NCBI GenBank assembly: GCA_036393115.1
Contig: DASVWR010000075.1
Location: 11,774-75,773 of the forward strand
Length of the DNA stretch: 64,000 bases
Direction of reading: 5' to 3'
From: Casimicrobiaceae bacterium
GTDB lineage: Bacteria > Pseudomonadota > Gammaproteobacteria > Burkholderiales > Casimicrobiaceae
The notes under the pieces are model-generated. The model was given only the letters and a program-made list of their open reading frames with translations, ran no database searches and was not told where the DNA came from. How positions within the stretch are numbered: position 1 is the stretch's first letter; each line of letters starts with the position of its first letter. A program made the position numbers and the translations under genes. Positions 18,400-28,561 of this stretch are shown here, piece by piece.

Positions 18400-19131
18400 G
18401 TGAGCGCAATCGAGGCCCCGCTGCTCGCGCTCGAGCGCGTCGCCGTTTCCTACGGCGGAATTCGGGCAGTCAAGGGCATCGACGTCGCCGTCAGGAGAGG
18501 CGAGCTCGTGTGCCTGATCGGCGCCAACGGCGCGGGCAAGACGACGACGCTGAAGGGAATCTGCGGTCTGCTCCCGCTGAAATCGGGCCGCATCCACTAC
18601 GACGGCCGCGACGTCACCGGCATGCGCTCGTTCAGACTCGTCCGCCGTGGGCTCGTCATGGTGCCCGAAGGGCGCGGAATGTTCGGCGCGCTGACAATCG
18701 AGGAGAACCTGGCGATGGGCGCGTACATCCGCGACGACCGCGCGGCGATCCGCGACGACGTCGAGCGGGTATTCACGCTGTTTCCGCGGCTCAAGGAGCG
18801 GCGCCGGCAGACGGCGGGAACGCTCTCCGGAGGCGAGCAGCAGATGCTCGCGATGGGGCGCGCGCTGATGTCGCGCCCGCGTCTCCTGCTTCTCGACGAG
18901 CCTTCGATGGGGCTCGCACCACTGATGGTGCAGAAGGTCTTCGAGACGATCATCGCGGTCTCGAAGGAGGGCGTCACCATCCTGCTGATCGAGCAGAACG
19001 CGAAACTCGCGCTCGAAATCGCCGATCGCGGCTACGTCATGGAGTCGGGCGAGATCACGCTCGAAGGCGAGGCGGCGGCGCTCCTGCACGATCCGAAGGT
19101 TCGCAGCGCCTACCTCGGCGAAGCGCTTTAG
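18400..19131 (+). CDS. livF: Branched-chain amino acid ABC transporter ATP-binding protein
   Basis: Walker A GANGAGKTTT, signature LSGGEQQML, Walker B LLLLDEPS, and the C-terminal AYLG motif. Confidence 0.92.
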   Translation: MSAIEAPLLALERVAVSYGGIRAVKGIDVAVRRGELVCLIGANGAGKTTTLKGICGLLPLKSGRIHYDGRDVTGMRSFRLVRRGLVMVPEGRGMFGALTIEENLAMGAYIRDDRAAIRDDVERVFTLFPRLKERRRQTAGTLSGGEQQMLAMGRALMSRPRLLLLDEPSMGLAPLMVQKVFETIIAVSKEGVTILLIEQNAKLALEIADRGYVMESGEITLEGEAAALLHDPKVRSAYLGEAL

Positions 19132-19161
19132 GAACTGCCGGGGTCTTCGGCCGGCGCGTCG

Positions 19162-19884
19162 ATGTCCACCGATCCGGGCAGTCCGCGCGAGCAACCCAGC
19201 CGCTGGCGCGACGTGCGCGCCGTCGGATTGCCGCGCGCACTCGAGTGGTACGCCGAAGCGATGCGGCTGTGGAAGCGCGGCCCATTCACGTTCTCCGTGC
19301 TGGCACTGGCGATCCTCGCCGCGAACGTCGCGCTCGAGCTTCTTCCGCGCGCCGGCGTCGTCGCGGCGCAGATGATCCTTCCGCTGCTCGAGTGCGGGCT
19401 CCTCTATGCATCGCTCGCCGTCGACCGCGGTGAGCGCCCCCGGTTTCGTCACCTCGTCGCTGCAGCCGGCGCCCGTCCTGCGGCAATCGCCGCCGTCGTC
19501 GTCGCGGGATCGCTGGTCTTCGGCGTCGAAGCGCTGGTGGCGCTCGAAGCGGGTGGGATCGACATGCTGGCACCAGGGTCGGAGGTCACGACGATCGCGC
19601 CGGCGACGCTCCTCGTCACCTACGCGGCGGGCATGCTGGTGTCGCTGCCGCTGACCTTCGTGCCGTTCGCCGCGCTCTTCGACGGCCAGGGCTTTCGCGA
19701 CGCGTTCGCGGCGAGCTTCGCGGGCTTCCTGCGCAACGCCGTCCCGCTCGTCGCCTGGGGTGTGCTCTCGTTCGCGCTCCTCATCGTCGGACTGCTGACG
19801 AGCGGCATCGGGTTGCTGCTCGCGCTGCCGTGGTCGGCGGCATCGTCGTACGCGGCCTGGAAGGACATCTTCGGCGTTCGGTAG
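19162..19884 (+). CDS. Hypothetical polytopic membrane protein
   Basis: 240 aa with at least 4-5 hydrophobic helices (FTFSVLALAILAANVALELL, AAQMILPLLECGLLYASLAV, AIAAVVVAGSLVFGVEALVAL and others). It lies 30 nt after livF on the same strand. I could not confidently assign a family. Confidence 0.55.
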   Translation: MSTDPGSPREQPSRWRDVRAVGLPRALEWYAEAMRLWKRGPFTFSVLALAILAANVALELLPRAGVVAAQMILPLLECGLLYASLAVDRGERPRFRHLVAAAGARPAAIAAVVVAGSLVFGVEALVALEAGGIDMLAPGSEVTTIAPATLLVTYAAGMLVSLPLTFVPFAALFDGQGFRDAFAASFAGFLRNAVPLVAWGVLSFALLIVGLLTSGIGLLLALPWSAASSYAAWKDIFGVR

Positions 19885-19963
19885 GCTGGTCTGACCCGGC
19901 CCCATCGACGCGATGACCTGCGGCGTCCGGCGATGACCGGTGACCGTGACGGATATCGAACGC

Positions 19964-20905
19964 CTAGTCGCGCGGCGTCGGCCCGAAGCGGCGCATCGCC
20001 GGCACCGGGTGCGCGGGAACGCCGTAGAGCCGGGTGCCTGCGGGCGCGTCGCGCGTGACGACGCTGCCGCCGCCAACGAGCACGTTGGCGTGGATCGCGA
20101 CGTTGTCGATGACCACGCTGCCGATACCGAGCAGCGCATCCTCGGCGATACTCGCATGACCGGCCACTGCGGTCCCGGCGGATAGCCAGGCGCGCGCCCC
20201 GACGACCACACCGTGGCTCACGTAGACAAGACTGCCGATCTTCGTGTCGTCGCCGATCGCCGTGTGCGACAACATTCCCCGGCAGACACAGGCCTGCGCA
20301 CCGACGTCGACGCCATTGCCGATGCGCACCCCCGCGAGATGCGGGAAGAACGATCGCCGCGCGTCCTTGCGGTCGTGATACGCGAGGCCGACCCAGCCGA
20401 GTACGGCGTTCGGCCCGATCACGCAGTCGTCGCCGATCCGGCAGTCGGCGTAAACCACGGCGCCGGCCGCCACGCGCGTGCGCGCACCGATCACGACATC
20501 CTCACCGATGCACGCGGTAGGGGCAACCGACGCGGTCGGGTCGATGCGAGCCGACGCTCCGGCACCGGGACGCGGCTCGTCCGGGCGCGCCGAGCCGGGT
20601 AGCAGCCGTTCGACCAGATCGATGAATGCGGCACGCACGTCGTCGACGCGCAGAAGCGTCTGGTCCGGCCGAGGTCGCGCCGCGACGTTGCGCGCCACGA
20701 CGATCACGCCGGCGCATGCGAGCCTCAGGCGATCGGTTGCCCCGGGCGAGTCGCAGAACGCGAGTACCGAGCCCGCCTCCGCAGCGAGCGATCCGATCCC
20801 CCGCACGACACGCGCAGGATCGCCGTCGATGACAGATGCGGGAATCGCGTCCGCCAGATCGCGTGCAGGTACCGATCGGTCGAGGCTGCGGACGAAGGCG
20901 TCCAT
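19964..20905 (-). CDS. LpxD-like hexapeptide-repeat N-acyltransferase (paralog)
   Basis: 313 aa. The N-terminal domain resembles the LpxD uridine-binding region (VRGIGSLAAEAGSVLAFCDSP). It is followed by left-handed beta-helix hexapeptide repeats (IGEDVVIGARTRVAAGAVVYADCRIGDDCVIGPNAVLG...VAGHASIAEDALLGIGSVV). Confidence 0.7.
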   Translation of the reverse strand: MDAFVRSLDRSVPARDLADAIPASVIDGDPARVVRGIGSLAAEAGSVLAFCDSPGATDRLRLACAGVIVVARNVAARPRPDQTLLRVDDVRAAFIDLVERLLPGSARPDEPRPGAGASARIDPTASVAPTACIGEDVVIGARTRVAAGAVVYADCRIGDDCVIGPNAVLGWVGLAYHDRKDARRSFFPHLAGVRIGNGVDVGAQACVCRGMLSHTAIGDDTKIGSLVYVSHGVVVGARAWLSAGTAVAGHASIAEDALLGIGSVVIDNVAIHANVLVGGGSVVTRDAPAGTRLYGVPAHPVPAMRRFGPTPRD

Positions 20906-20923
20906 CGATTGCCCGCACCGCGC

Positions 20924-21751
20924 TCAGGCCGGCACGCCGTGCGTGCGGTCGTAATCGGCGCACTGGCGCCACACCGCTTCGTCGGGCACCGCATGCTCCG
21001 GCAGGTAGCGCTGAAGGTCGACTCCTGCGCACTTGTAGCGCCATAGCAGATACGGCGGCTGTTCGGCGAGCCGGGTTCGGTAGAACACCGTGTGAGCGCC
21101 GTTGGTGCCATAGGGTCGGCCACTGAGCTTCGCGAGCACCTGGCGGTCGCCACCGGTGCCGTCGGCGAAGCGCGTCATCGCCCATTCCGGAAAAACGTCG
21201 TTGCAGGCCAGCGCGTCGATGAAGAAGCAGTTGGTGTCGACGAATCCGCCCTGCGCCGCAGCGTACACGCCGCGCCCAGGGCCGAGCGACTCCCACGTGT
21301 CGGGACAAAGCGTGTCTCCGGTACTCGCATCGACGAACTGGCGCAGCGAGAACGCCCATTGCCTGCCCGCGAGCGCCGCGAGCATCGTGGCGAGATGCTC
21401 GGGTGCGTACCAGTTGTCGTCGTCGAGGTACGTGACGCAGCGGCTGTTCACCGCATAGCTCAGGATCGTCTTCAGTGCGCCGCCGAAGTGACTTGGATAG
21501 ATACCGCCATGGCGCTGCGAAGTGGAGTACCCGGGATCGAACGTGGTCACCGCGACGTGCGACGGCGACGCGTTGCGCAGTTGCTCGATGGCCGCGCGGT
21601 CGCCCTGCCAGCGGTCGATCCCGATCATGATCTGAACGCGGCCGCCGAAGCGCTGCGCGAACACCGAGCGCACCGCCTGATCCAGCGTGTCGCGAACGAC
21701 GGTCACCATGACGACACCGACGTCGAATGGCGATTGCAGGCCGGTTGTCAC
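20924..21751 (-). CDS. Glycosyltransferase (GT-A fold, DxD motif)
   Basis: 275 aa. The N-terminus VGVVMVTVVRDTLDQAVRSVFAQ is Rossmann-like, and YLDDDNWYAPEHL carries a DxD motif. It ends 18 nt upstream of the LpxD-like gene on the same strand. Confidence 0.65.
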   Translation of the reverse strand: MTTGLQSPFDVGVVMVTVVRDTLDQAVRSVFAQRFGGRVQIMIGIDRWQGDRAAIEQLRNASPSHVAVTTFDPGYSTSQRHGGIYPSHFGGALKTILSYAVNSRCVTYLDDDNWYAPEHLATMLAALAGRQWAFSLRQFVDASTGDTLCPDTWESLGPGRGVYAAAQGGFVDTNCFFIDALACNDVFPEWAMTRFADGTGGDRQVLAKLSGRPYGTNGAHTVFYRTRLAEQPPYLLWRYKCAGVDLQRYLPEHAVPDEAVWRQCADYDRTHGVPA

Positions 21752-21900
21752 AGGGCGTGGTTGGCGCCATCGCGGCCGTCAGGAGCGCGATGGTCGACAC
21801 ACGAAGTTGTCGCCGATGGGGACTATACCCGATCCGGCGGGTCGCCAAGCCTTCGCCATCGGCGCGGGTCGTCGACCCGCGTCGAGGCGCCCGCCACCGC

Positions 21901-22770
21901 TCACGCCGTGGGTCGCAGCGAGAACCGGTGCAGGCCGGCTTCGGCGACTTCGTGCTCGACTTCGACGAGCTCGACCTCGGCCGCGCGCGGCCCGCGGCGA
22001 CAGCGCTCGATCACCGCATCGCAGGCTGCGCGCGCGCCCTGCACGTGGACCTCGACGTCGCCATCGCCGCGGTTCCGCACCCAGCCGGCGACCGCTGCGG
22101 TTTCGGCCGCACGCGTAATCCAGTGGCGAAAGCCCACCCCCTGCACGCGCCCGGTGATCCGGATCCGGCACGACCGCGTCGGCGCGCTGCGCCAGCGCGC
22201 GTAGTGCGCGAGCGCGGCAACGGTCTTGGCGTCGGTCAGGCGCCCGTGGTCCTGTTCGTCGAGAAGCGCGCTCTCGCTCATCTCGATGAGCTCGAGGAAC
22301 TCGCCGGCGTCGAGCCGCGCGCCGACGTGACGCATGCCGCGCGCGAGATAGAGCTCGATCGCCTCGGTCGAGTACGCGATCGAAGGGTGAATGGCGCCGA
22401 GGTGCGTCCACTCGATGGCCGCCCAGCCCGTCTCTTCGACAAGCTCGCGGCGCGCGCAGGCGAGCGCCGACTCGCCGGCATCGAGCTTGCCGGCCGGAAA
22501 CTCGAGAAATGCGCGGTCGAGCGGATAGCGGAACTGGCGCTCGACGACGAGCGTCCCGTCATCGCGCTCGGGAACGACGAGTACCGCGCCGGGATGCACG
22601 ATGTACTCGCGGACCGAGTGCGCGCCGTCCGGCAGGCGGACGTCGTCACGCCTGACGTCGAGCAGCGCGCCCGCATAGACCTGCGTGCCGCCGACCCTCG
22701 TCTCGCGCAGCGGATCGTCGGCACCGGTCGCGGCGCTCGCGCGTTGCGGCGGATCGTCGCTCGGCGTCAT
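21901..22770 (-). CDS. NUDIX hydrolase (ADP-ribose pyrophosphatase-like) fused to an acylphosphatase domain
   Basis: The NUDIX box is [23 protein letters not shown]. The C-terminal ~90 aa ([44 protein letters not shown]) match the acylphosphatase signature V-x-G-x-VQGV-x-FR. It is a single uninterrupted ORF whose start overlaps the hemF stop (ATGA). Confidence 0.8.
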   Translation of the reverse strand: MTPSDDPPQRASAATGADDPLRETRVGGTQVYAGALLDVRRDDVRLPDGAHSVREYIVHPGAVLVVPERDDGTLVVERQFRYPLDRAFLEFPAGKLDAGESALACARRELVEETGWAAIEWTHLGAIHPSIAYSTEAIELYLARGMRHVGARLDAGEFLELIEMSESALLDEQDHGRLTDAKTVAALAHYARWRSAPTRSCRIRITGRVQGVGFRHWITRAAETAAVAGWVRNRGDGDVEVHVQGARAACDAVIERCRRGPRAAEVELVEVEHEVAEAGLHRFSLRPTA

Positions 22771-23675
22771 GCAAGCCAGTCGCGCACCGGCAGGAAGTCG
22801 GTGAACAGGCGCCCCTCGGGACTACCCGCCGGCGGGCTCCACGCATAGCGCCAGGTCGCGTGCGGCGGCATCGACAGCAGGATCGCCTCGGTGCGCCCGC
22901 CCGACTGCAGGCCGAACAGCGTGCCGCGATCCCAGACGAGGTTGAATTCGACGTAGCGGCCGCGCCGCCACGCCTGGAACTCGCGTTCGCGCTCGCCGAA
23001 CGCATGATCGCGACGCCGGTGCACGATCGGCAGATAGGCGGGCACGAAGTGCGCACCGACGCTCTTCGTCAGCGCGAACGCCTGCTCGAATCCCCCCTCG
23101 TCGAAATCGTCGTAGAAGATGCCGCCGATGCCGCGCGGCTCGTTGCGATGACGCAGGAAGAAATAGGCGTCGCATGCCGACTTGAAGCGCGGATAGAGCG
23201 CCGCGCCGAAGGGCGCCAGCGCATCGCGGCACGCGGCGTGAAAATGCCGCGCATCGTCGACGAAGCCATAGCAGGGGGTGAGATCCATGCCTCCGCCGAA
23301 CCACCACACGTCGCCGCCCGATCCGCCGGGAGGCTGCGGCGCAAGGAAGAAGCGCCCGTTGTAATGCACGATCGGGACGTACGGATTGCGCGGATGGATC
23401 ACCAGCGAGACGCCGACCGCTCGCCACGCGCGCCCGGCGAGCTGCGGCCGGTGGGCGGTCGCCGATGCCGGCAGCGTCGCCCCGGTGACGTCCGAATAGA
23501 GCACCGCGGCACGCTCGAAGACCGTGCCGTTCTCGAGCGCCCGGGTGACGCCACCGCCGCCCTCGGCGCGCTGCCATTCGTCGCGCCGGAAAGGCGTCGG
23601 CTCGACCTCCTGCAGCGCCGCGACGATCTCGTCCTGCAGCGAAGAGAACCACGCGGCGACCGAAGCGAACTGCAT
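22767..23675 (-). CDS. hemF: Oxygen-dependent coproporphyrinogen III oxidase
   Basis: ATG at 23675 ([18 protein letters not shown]...). Carries [11 protein letters not shown] and [29 protein letters not shown] motifs. The 718-aa track ORF extends upstream through purD in another gene's antisense-free frame and was trimmed. Confidence 0.92.
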   Translation of the reverse strand: MQFASVAAWFSSLQDEIVAALQEVEPTPFRRDEWQRAEGGGGVTRALENGTVFERAAVLYSDVTGATLPASATAHRPQLAGRAWRAVGVSLVIHPRNPYVPIVHYNGRFFLAPQPPGGSGGDVWWFGGGMDLTPCYGFVDDARHFHAACRDALAPFGAALYPRFKSACDAYFFLRHRNEPRGIGGIFYDDFDEGGFEQAFALTKSVGAHFVPAYLPIVHRRRDHAFGEREREFQAWRRGRYVEFNLVWDRGTLFGLQSGGRTEAILLSMPPHATWRYAWSPPAGSPEGRLFTDFLPVRDWLA

Positions 23676-23689
23676 CTCGGGACGCCCGA

Positions 23690-24970
23690 TCAGCCGCGCC
23701 GTGCGAGCGCGCGATGGCCGATGTCGCTGCGGTACTGCATGCCGTCGAAATGGATCGACGCCACGGCGGCGTACGCCGCGCGCTGCGCCTGACGGACCGA
23801 GTCGCCGAGTGCGGTGACGCCGAGCACGCGCCCGCCGCTCGTGCGCACGAACTCGCCGTCCTGCGTCGTGCCCGCGTGAAACACGACGACATCCGGATGC
23901 GCGGCAGCAGCCTCGAGGCCGGTGATCACGTCGCCCTTGCGCGGCGCGCCGGGATACCCGGCCGCCGCCAGCACCACGGTGAGCGCAGCGCGCCGGTCCC
24001 ATTCGGCTTCGGTGGCATCGAGCGTTCCCGCGACCGCGTGCTCGAGGAGCGTCACCAGGTCGCTCGTGAGGCGCATCATGATCGGCTGCGTCTCGGGATC
24101 GCCGAGGCGGCAATTGAACTCGAGGACGCGCGGATTGCCGGCCGAGTCGATCATGACGCCCGCGTAGAGGAACCCGGTGTAGGGCATCCGCTCGGCGGCC
24201 ATGCCGGCGACGGCGGGCTGGATGATCTCGCGCATGATCCGCGCGTGCACCGTCGGCGTCACCACCGGCGCCGGCGAATAGGCGCCCATGCCGCCGGTGT
24301 TCGGACCCTGATCGCCGTCGCCGAGGCGCTTGTGATCCTGCGACGATGCGAGCGCCAGCACGTGCGCGCCGTCGGCCATCACGATGAAGCTCGCTTCCTC
24401 GCCTTCGAGGCGGTCCTCGACGACCACTCGTGAGCCGGCGCTGCCGGCCGCATTCCCGGACAGCATGGCGTCGACCGCCGCATGCGCGTCGGCGGGCGTT
24501 TCCGCGACGACGACACCCTTGCCCGCGGCAAGCCCGTCGGCCTTCACGACCACTGGCTCCGGGCGGGCGTCGATCCAGGCGTGGGCCGCGCCGGCGTCGT
24601 CGAAGCTTCCCCAGCCAGCCGTCGGAATGCCGTGACGCTGCATGAATGCCTTCGCGAACTGTTTCGAGCTCTCGAGTCGCGCCGCGGCCTGCGTCGGGCC
24701 GAAGATCGGCAGCCCGGCGGCCCGGAACGCGTCGGCGATCCCGTCGGCGAGCGGAGCCTCGGGGCCGACCACGGTGAGGCGGATCGATTCGCGCCGCGCG
24801 AAGTCGACGAGCGCAGGCACGCTCTCGAACGCGACGTTGGCGAGCGCCGGATCGAGCGCGGTGCCAGCGTTGCCCGGGGCGACGAGAACCTTCGCGACGC
24901 GCGGCGACTGCGCGAGCTTCCACGCGAGCGCGTGCTCGCGTCCACCGCCACCCACTACCAGGACCTTCAT
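23690..24970 (-). CDS. purD: Phosphoribosylamine--glycine ligase
   Basis: 426 aa with [22 protein letters not shown] at the N-terminus and an ATP-grasp core. Confidence 0.95.
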   Translation of the reverse strand: MKVLVVGGGGREHALAWKLAQSPRVAKVLVAPGNAGTALDPALANVAFESVPALVDFARRESIRLTVVGPEAPLADGIADAFRAAGLPIFGPTQAAARLESSKQFAKAFMQRHGIPTAGWGSFDDAGAAHAWIDARPEPVVVKADGLAAGKGVVVAETPADAHAAVDAMLSGNAAGSAGSRVVVEDRLEGEEASFIVMADGAHVLALASSQDHKRLGDGDQGPNTGGMGAYSPAPVVTPTVHARIMREIIQPAVAGMAAERMPYTGFLYAGVMIDSAGNPRVLEFNCRLGDPETQPIMMRLTSDLVTLLEHAVAGTLDATEAEWDRRAALTVVLAAAGYPGAPRKGDVITGLEAAAAHPDVVVFHAGTTQDGEFVRTSGGRVLGVTALGDSVRQAQRAAYAAVASIHFDGMQYRSDIGHRALARRG

Positions 24971-24983
24971 GGTCGCGCGCCCG

Positions 24984-25574
24984 TCACTTCAACACGATGC
25001 GTCCGAACACGAACAGCGTACTGCCGTGGTTGATGCCGCCGTTCAGCGTCGGAATGTAGGCGGCGAACATCGTCGCGTTGCGGTAGCGAACGGACGCGAG
25101 CGGCAGCAGCGCCGGAACCGGGAAACCGCCCGCGATGTCGGGCCGCTGCATCACGAACGCCGTGAACCCGAGTCCGGGCTGCACGCCGCTGCGCGGACCC
25201 CAGAATTTCGAGTACTCGTAGCCGACGTTGAACTCGGCGTGCTTGTGCGAATCGGAGAAGACGAGCGCGTAGACGGAGTGCTCGTCGCCGTTCGGGTCCT
25301 CGGTGACCCGTGTGTATCCGGTGCCCCACGCCACCGAGTTGAGCTCGCGGCGACGCTCCGGCGTCCAGGTGAACGGAAGGTGCCAGGCGTAGCCCGACAC
25401 GAACACGCCGCTGTCCCCGTTCTCCCAGGTGTCGACGAGCCGGTTGCAGCCGGCGGCGATCCACCCGGGCAGGTCCGCGCATCCGGCTTGAGCCGGCGTC
25501 GCGCCGCCGAGCATCGCGAGCGCGCCTGCGACGCATCCGAGCGCACCCGCGATCGATCGGGGGTGATGGGTCAT
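24984..25574 (-). CDS. pagP: Lipid A palmitoyltransferase PagP-family outer membrane protein
   Basis: Signal peptide plus a C-terminal region LGFTAFVMQRPDIAGGFPVPALLPLASVRYRNATMFAAYIP...FVFGRIVLK. This parallels my recollection of E. coli PagP ([43 protein letters not shown]...). The ATG at 25574 is preferred; alternative starts are GTG 25577 and TTG 25583. Confidence 0.8.
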   Translation of the reverse strand: MTHHPRSIAGALGCVAGALAMLGGATPAQAGCADLPGWIAAGCNRLVDTWENGDSGVFVSGYAWHLPFTWTPERRRELNSVAWGTGYTRVTEDPNGDEHSVYALVFSDSHKHAEFNVGYEYSKFWGPRSGVQPGLGFTAFVMQRPDIAGGFPVPALLPLASVRYRNATMFAAYIPTLNGGINHGSTLFVFGRIVLK

Positions 25575-25579
25575 CACCG

Positions 25580-27142
25580 TCAATGCCTGAAGTGGCGAAC
25601 GCCGGTGAACACCATCGCGATCCCGCGCTCGTTCGCCGCGGCGATCACCTCGCCGTCGCGGACGCTGCCACCGGGCTGGATGACCGCGGCCGCGCCGTGG
25701 TCGGCGACGACGTCGAGGCCGTCACGGAACGGAAAGAACGCATCCGACGCGACCACCGAGCCGGAGAGAGAAAGCCCGGCCTGGCCCGCCTTGATCGCCG
25801 CGATGCGCGTCGAATCGACGCGGCTCATCTGGCCCGCACCGATGCCGAGCGTGCGCGCCCCGGAACAGAACACGATCGCGTTCGACTTCACGAACCATGC
25901 GACGCGCCACGCGAAGAGAAGGTCGGCGATCTGCTCCGCGGTCGGCGCCTTGCGCGTAACGACGGTGAGATCGGCAGCGCCGACCTCGCGCGTGTCGGCG
26001 GTCTGGACGAGGAAGCCGCCGCCGATGCGCTTCAGATCCGGCGACGGCGCCGCCGCGTCGCCTTCGGGGCGTGCGAGTACCAGCACACGCAGGTTCTTCT
26101 TCGATGCGGCGAGTGCCAGCGCGTCCGGAGTGAAGCCCGGCGCGATCAACACTTCGGTGAACTGGCCGGCAACGGCCTCGACGGCGGCGCCGTCGACCTC
26201 GCGGTTGAACGCGATGATGCCGCCGAAGGCCGAGGTGGGATCGGTCGCGAACGCGCGCCGGTATGCCTCGGCGGGTGCCGCCGCACACGCGACTCCACAG
26301 GGGTTGGCATGCTTGACGATCACGCAGGCGGGCTCGTCGAAGCGCGTCACGCACTGCCAGGCGGCATCGGAATCGGCGACGTTGTTGTACGAGAGCTCCT
26401 TGCCCTGGAGCTGGCGCGCCGACGCGATCGCCGAGGCTGGCGCGCCGGACTCGCGGTAGAGTGCCGCCTGCTGGTGCGGGTTCTCGCCGTAGCGCATCGC
26501 GAGCACCTGTTCGCCGGCGAGATGGAACGACCGCGGAAGGCCCTGCGCGCTACCGTCGCTCGCGCGTGCCGTCACCCAGTTGGCGATCGCGCCGTCGTAG
26601 GCGGCGGTATGCGCGAACGCGCGCTGCATCAGGCGAAAGCGCAGCGCTTCCGACAGCGCGCCTCCGTGCACGGCGAGGTCGGCGAGCACCGCCGCATAAT
26701 CGCCGGGATCGACGACGACGCCGACGTGTACCCAGTTCTTCGCCGCGGCACGAATGAGGGTCGGACCGCCGATGTCGATATTCTCGATCGCGTCGTCGAG
26801 CGTGCACGCCGGATCGGCGACCGTGTCGCGAAACGGGTAGAGGTTGACGACGACGAGGTCGATCGTCGGAATGCCCGCGGCTGCGAGCGCGTCACGATGC
26901 GCGGCGACATCGCGACGCGCGAGGATGCCCGCGTGCACCTTCGGGTGCAGTGTCTTCACGCGGCCATCGAGCATCTCGGGGAAGCCGGTGTAGCTCCCGA
27001 TCTCGGTCACCTTCAGAGCTGCGTCGGTGAGCACCTTCGCGGTGCCTCCGGTGGAGAGCAGCGCGACGCCGCGCGCCGCGAGCGCGCGCGCGAACTCGAC
27101 GATGCCGGTCTTGTCGGTGACCGACAGGAGTGCCTGCGTCAC
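25580..27142 (-). CDS. purH: Bifunctional AICAR transformylase / IMP cyclohydrolase
   Basis: GTG at 27142 ([36 protein letters not shown]). The C-terminus is [11 protein letters not shown]. About 520 aa. Confidence 0.95.
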   Translation of the reverse strand: MTQALLSVTDKTGIVEFARALAARGVALLSTGGTAKVLTDAALKVTEIGSYTGFPEMLDGRVKTLHPKVHAGILARRDVAAHRDALAAAGIPTIDLVVVNLYPFRDTVADPACTLDDAIENIDIGGPTLIRAAAKNWVHVGVVVDPGDYAAVLADLAVHGGALSEALRFRLMQRAFAHTAAYDGAIANWVTARASDGSAQGLPRSFHLAGEQVLAMRYGENPHQQAALYRESGAPASAIASARQLQGKELSYNNVADSDAAWQCVTRFDEPACVIVKHANPCGVACAAAPAEAYRRAFATDPTSAFGGIIAFNREVDGAAVEAVAGQFTEVLIAPGFTPDALALAASKKNLRVLVLARPEGDAAAPSPDLKRIGGGFLVQTADTREVGAADLTVVTRKAPTAEQIADLLFAWRVAWFVKSNAIVFCSGARTLGIGAGQMSRVDSTRIAAIKAGQAGLSLSGSVVASDAFFPFRDGLDVVADHGAAAVIQPGGSVRDGEVIAAANERGIAMVFTGVRHFRH

Positions 27143-27167
27143 GGTCCCGGGTATCGGCGCTGGCGCA

Positions 27168-27422
27168 TCAGAGGAGTTTGTGCTTCGCCAGCTTCGCACG
27201 CAGCGTGTTGCGATTGAGGCCGAGCATGTCGGCAGCACGGCTCTGATTGCCGTTCGAGCGCTCGAGCATCGTCGTGAGCAGCACACGCTCGACCTGGCCG
27301 ATCACCATGTCGTACACCCCATGCGGCGGCTCGCCGTCGAGATGCCGGAAATAATCGTCGAGCGATTTCTCGACGCTCCTGCCGATCTCGTTGCGGCCAT
27401 TCAAACGCAGGCTCTTCTTCAC
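27168..27422 (-). CDS. fis: Fis-family DNA-binding protein
   Basis: C-terminal [30 protein letters not shown]. The GTG at 27422 overlaps the dusB stop (GTGA), reproducing the conserved dusB-fis operon. An alternative upstream ATG would give 112 aa. Confidence 0.85.
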   Translation of the reverse strand: MKKSLRLNGRNEIGRSVEKSLDDYFRHLDGEPPHGVYDMVIGQVERVLLTTMLERSNGNQSRAADMLGLNRNTLRAKLAKHKLL

Positions 27423-28468
27423 GCGGCGAGGGCCTCCTCGTCCCATCGGGGTGACACGTTGCAGCAGTCCGCTGCGTCGTCGCGGACCGGGCGCGGCGCA
27501 CGACACAGGGCTTCGTCGAAGCAGCGCTCGACCGCCGCGAGTTGCCCGGCCACTGTTTCCGCGGCGTTGATCCGTTCACGGAACGCAATTCCCAGGTGCA
27601 GAGCGTCGAGATACCAGTGCAGATGCTTGCGTGCGACGCGCACGCCGAGCTCGTCGCCGTAGAACGAGTAATGATCGGCGAGGTGCTCGACGATCAGCGC
27701 ACGCGCCTCGGTGAGCGACGGCGGAGGAAGGTGCGTGCCCGTCGCGAGGTAGTGCGCGATCTCGCGGAAGATCCACGGCCGCCCCTGGGCCGCGCGCCCG
27801 ATCATCACGCCGTCGGCGCCCGTCGTCGCGAGCACTTCGCGCGCGCGCTCGGGGGTCGCGATGTCGCCGTTGGCGAAGACCGGGATCGACACGACGCGCT
27901 TGACCTCCCGCACGGTGTCGAACTCGGCGGCACCGGTGAACATGCACGCCCGCGTGCGTCCGTGCACGGCCAGCGCGGCGATGCCCGCCTGCTCGGCGAT
28001 ACGCGCGATGGCGACGGCATTCTTCGCCTGCGGCGACGGACCCGTACGGATCTTGAGCGTCACCGGCACGTCGACCGCGGCAACCACCGCGTCGAGGATC
28101 GCTGCCACCAGCACCTCGTTGCCGAGCAGCGCGGATCCCGCGGCGGCGTTGCACACCTTCTTCGCCGGGCAGCCCATGTTGACGTCGATGATCTCGGCGC
28201 CACGGTCGACGTTGTAGCGCGCCGCTTCGGCTACGAGGCGTGGATCGGCTCCGGCGATCTGTACGGCGACCGGTGCCACCTCGCCTTCGTGATCGGTGCG
28301 CCTGCGCGTGCGGTCGGTCGCCCAAAGGCGCGGGTTGGCCGCAACCATCTCCGATACCGCGTACCCCGCGCCGAGGCGCTTGCACAGCATGCGGAACGGT
28401 CGATCGGTGACGCCCGCCATCGGTGCAACGGCGAGATTGTTCGGCAGCAGATGATCACCGATGCGCAC
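27419..28468 (-). CDS. dusB: tRNA-dihydrouridine synthase B
   Basis: 349 aa with LAVAPMAGVTDRPFRMLCKRLGAGYAVSEMV and a TIM-barrel FMN-binding pattern. It is followed by fis. Confidence 0.92.
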   Translation of the reverse strand: MRIGDHLLPNNLAVAPMAGVTDRPFRMLCKRLGAGYAVSEMVAANPRLWATDRTRRRTDHEGEVAPVAVQIAGADPRLVAEAARYNVDRGAEIIDVNMGCPAKKVCNAAAGSALLGNEVLVAAILDAVVAAVDVPVTLKIRTGPSPQAKNAVAIARIAEQAGIAALAVHGRTRACMFTGAAEFDTVREVKRVVSIPVFANGDIATPERAREVLATTGADGVMIGRAAQGRPWIFREIAHYLATGTHLPPPSLTEARALIVEHLADHYSFYGDELGVRVARKHLHWYLDALHLGIAFRERINAAETVAGQLAAVERCFDEALCRAPRPVRDDAADCCNVSPRWDEEALAA

Positions 28469-28501
28469 GACGGCGGAGAATCACTTCGGGGAAGGGGTCG
28501 A

Positions 28502-28507
28502 ATTATA
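28502..28507 (-). promoter_or_regulatory. Candidate -10 element (TATAAT) upstream of dusB-fis
   Basis: A perfect TATAAT on the minus strand lies 34 nt upstream of the dusB GTG. There is no good -35. Confidence 0.25.
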
Positions 28508-28561
28508 CCGGCAATCGCGCGGACGGAAGCTCCATCCGGCGGCCGGATACGTGCAATCCGT

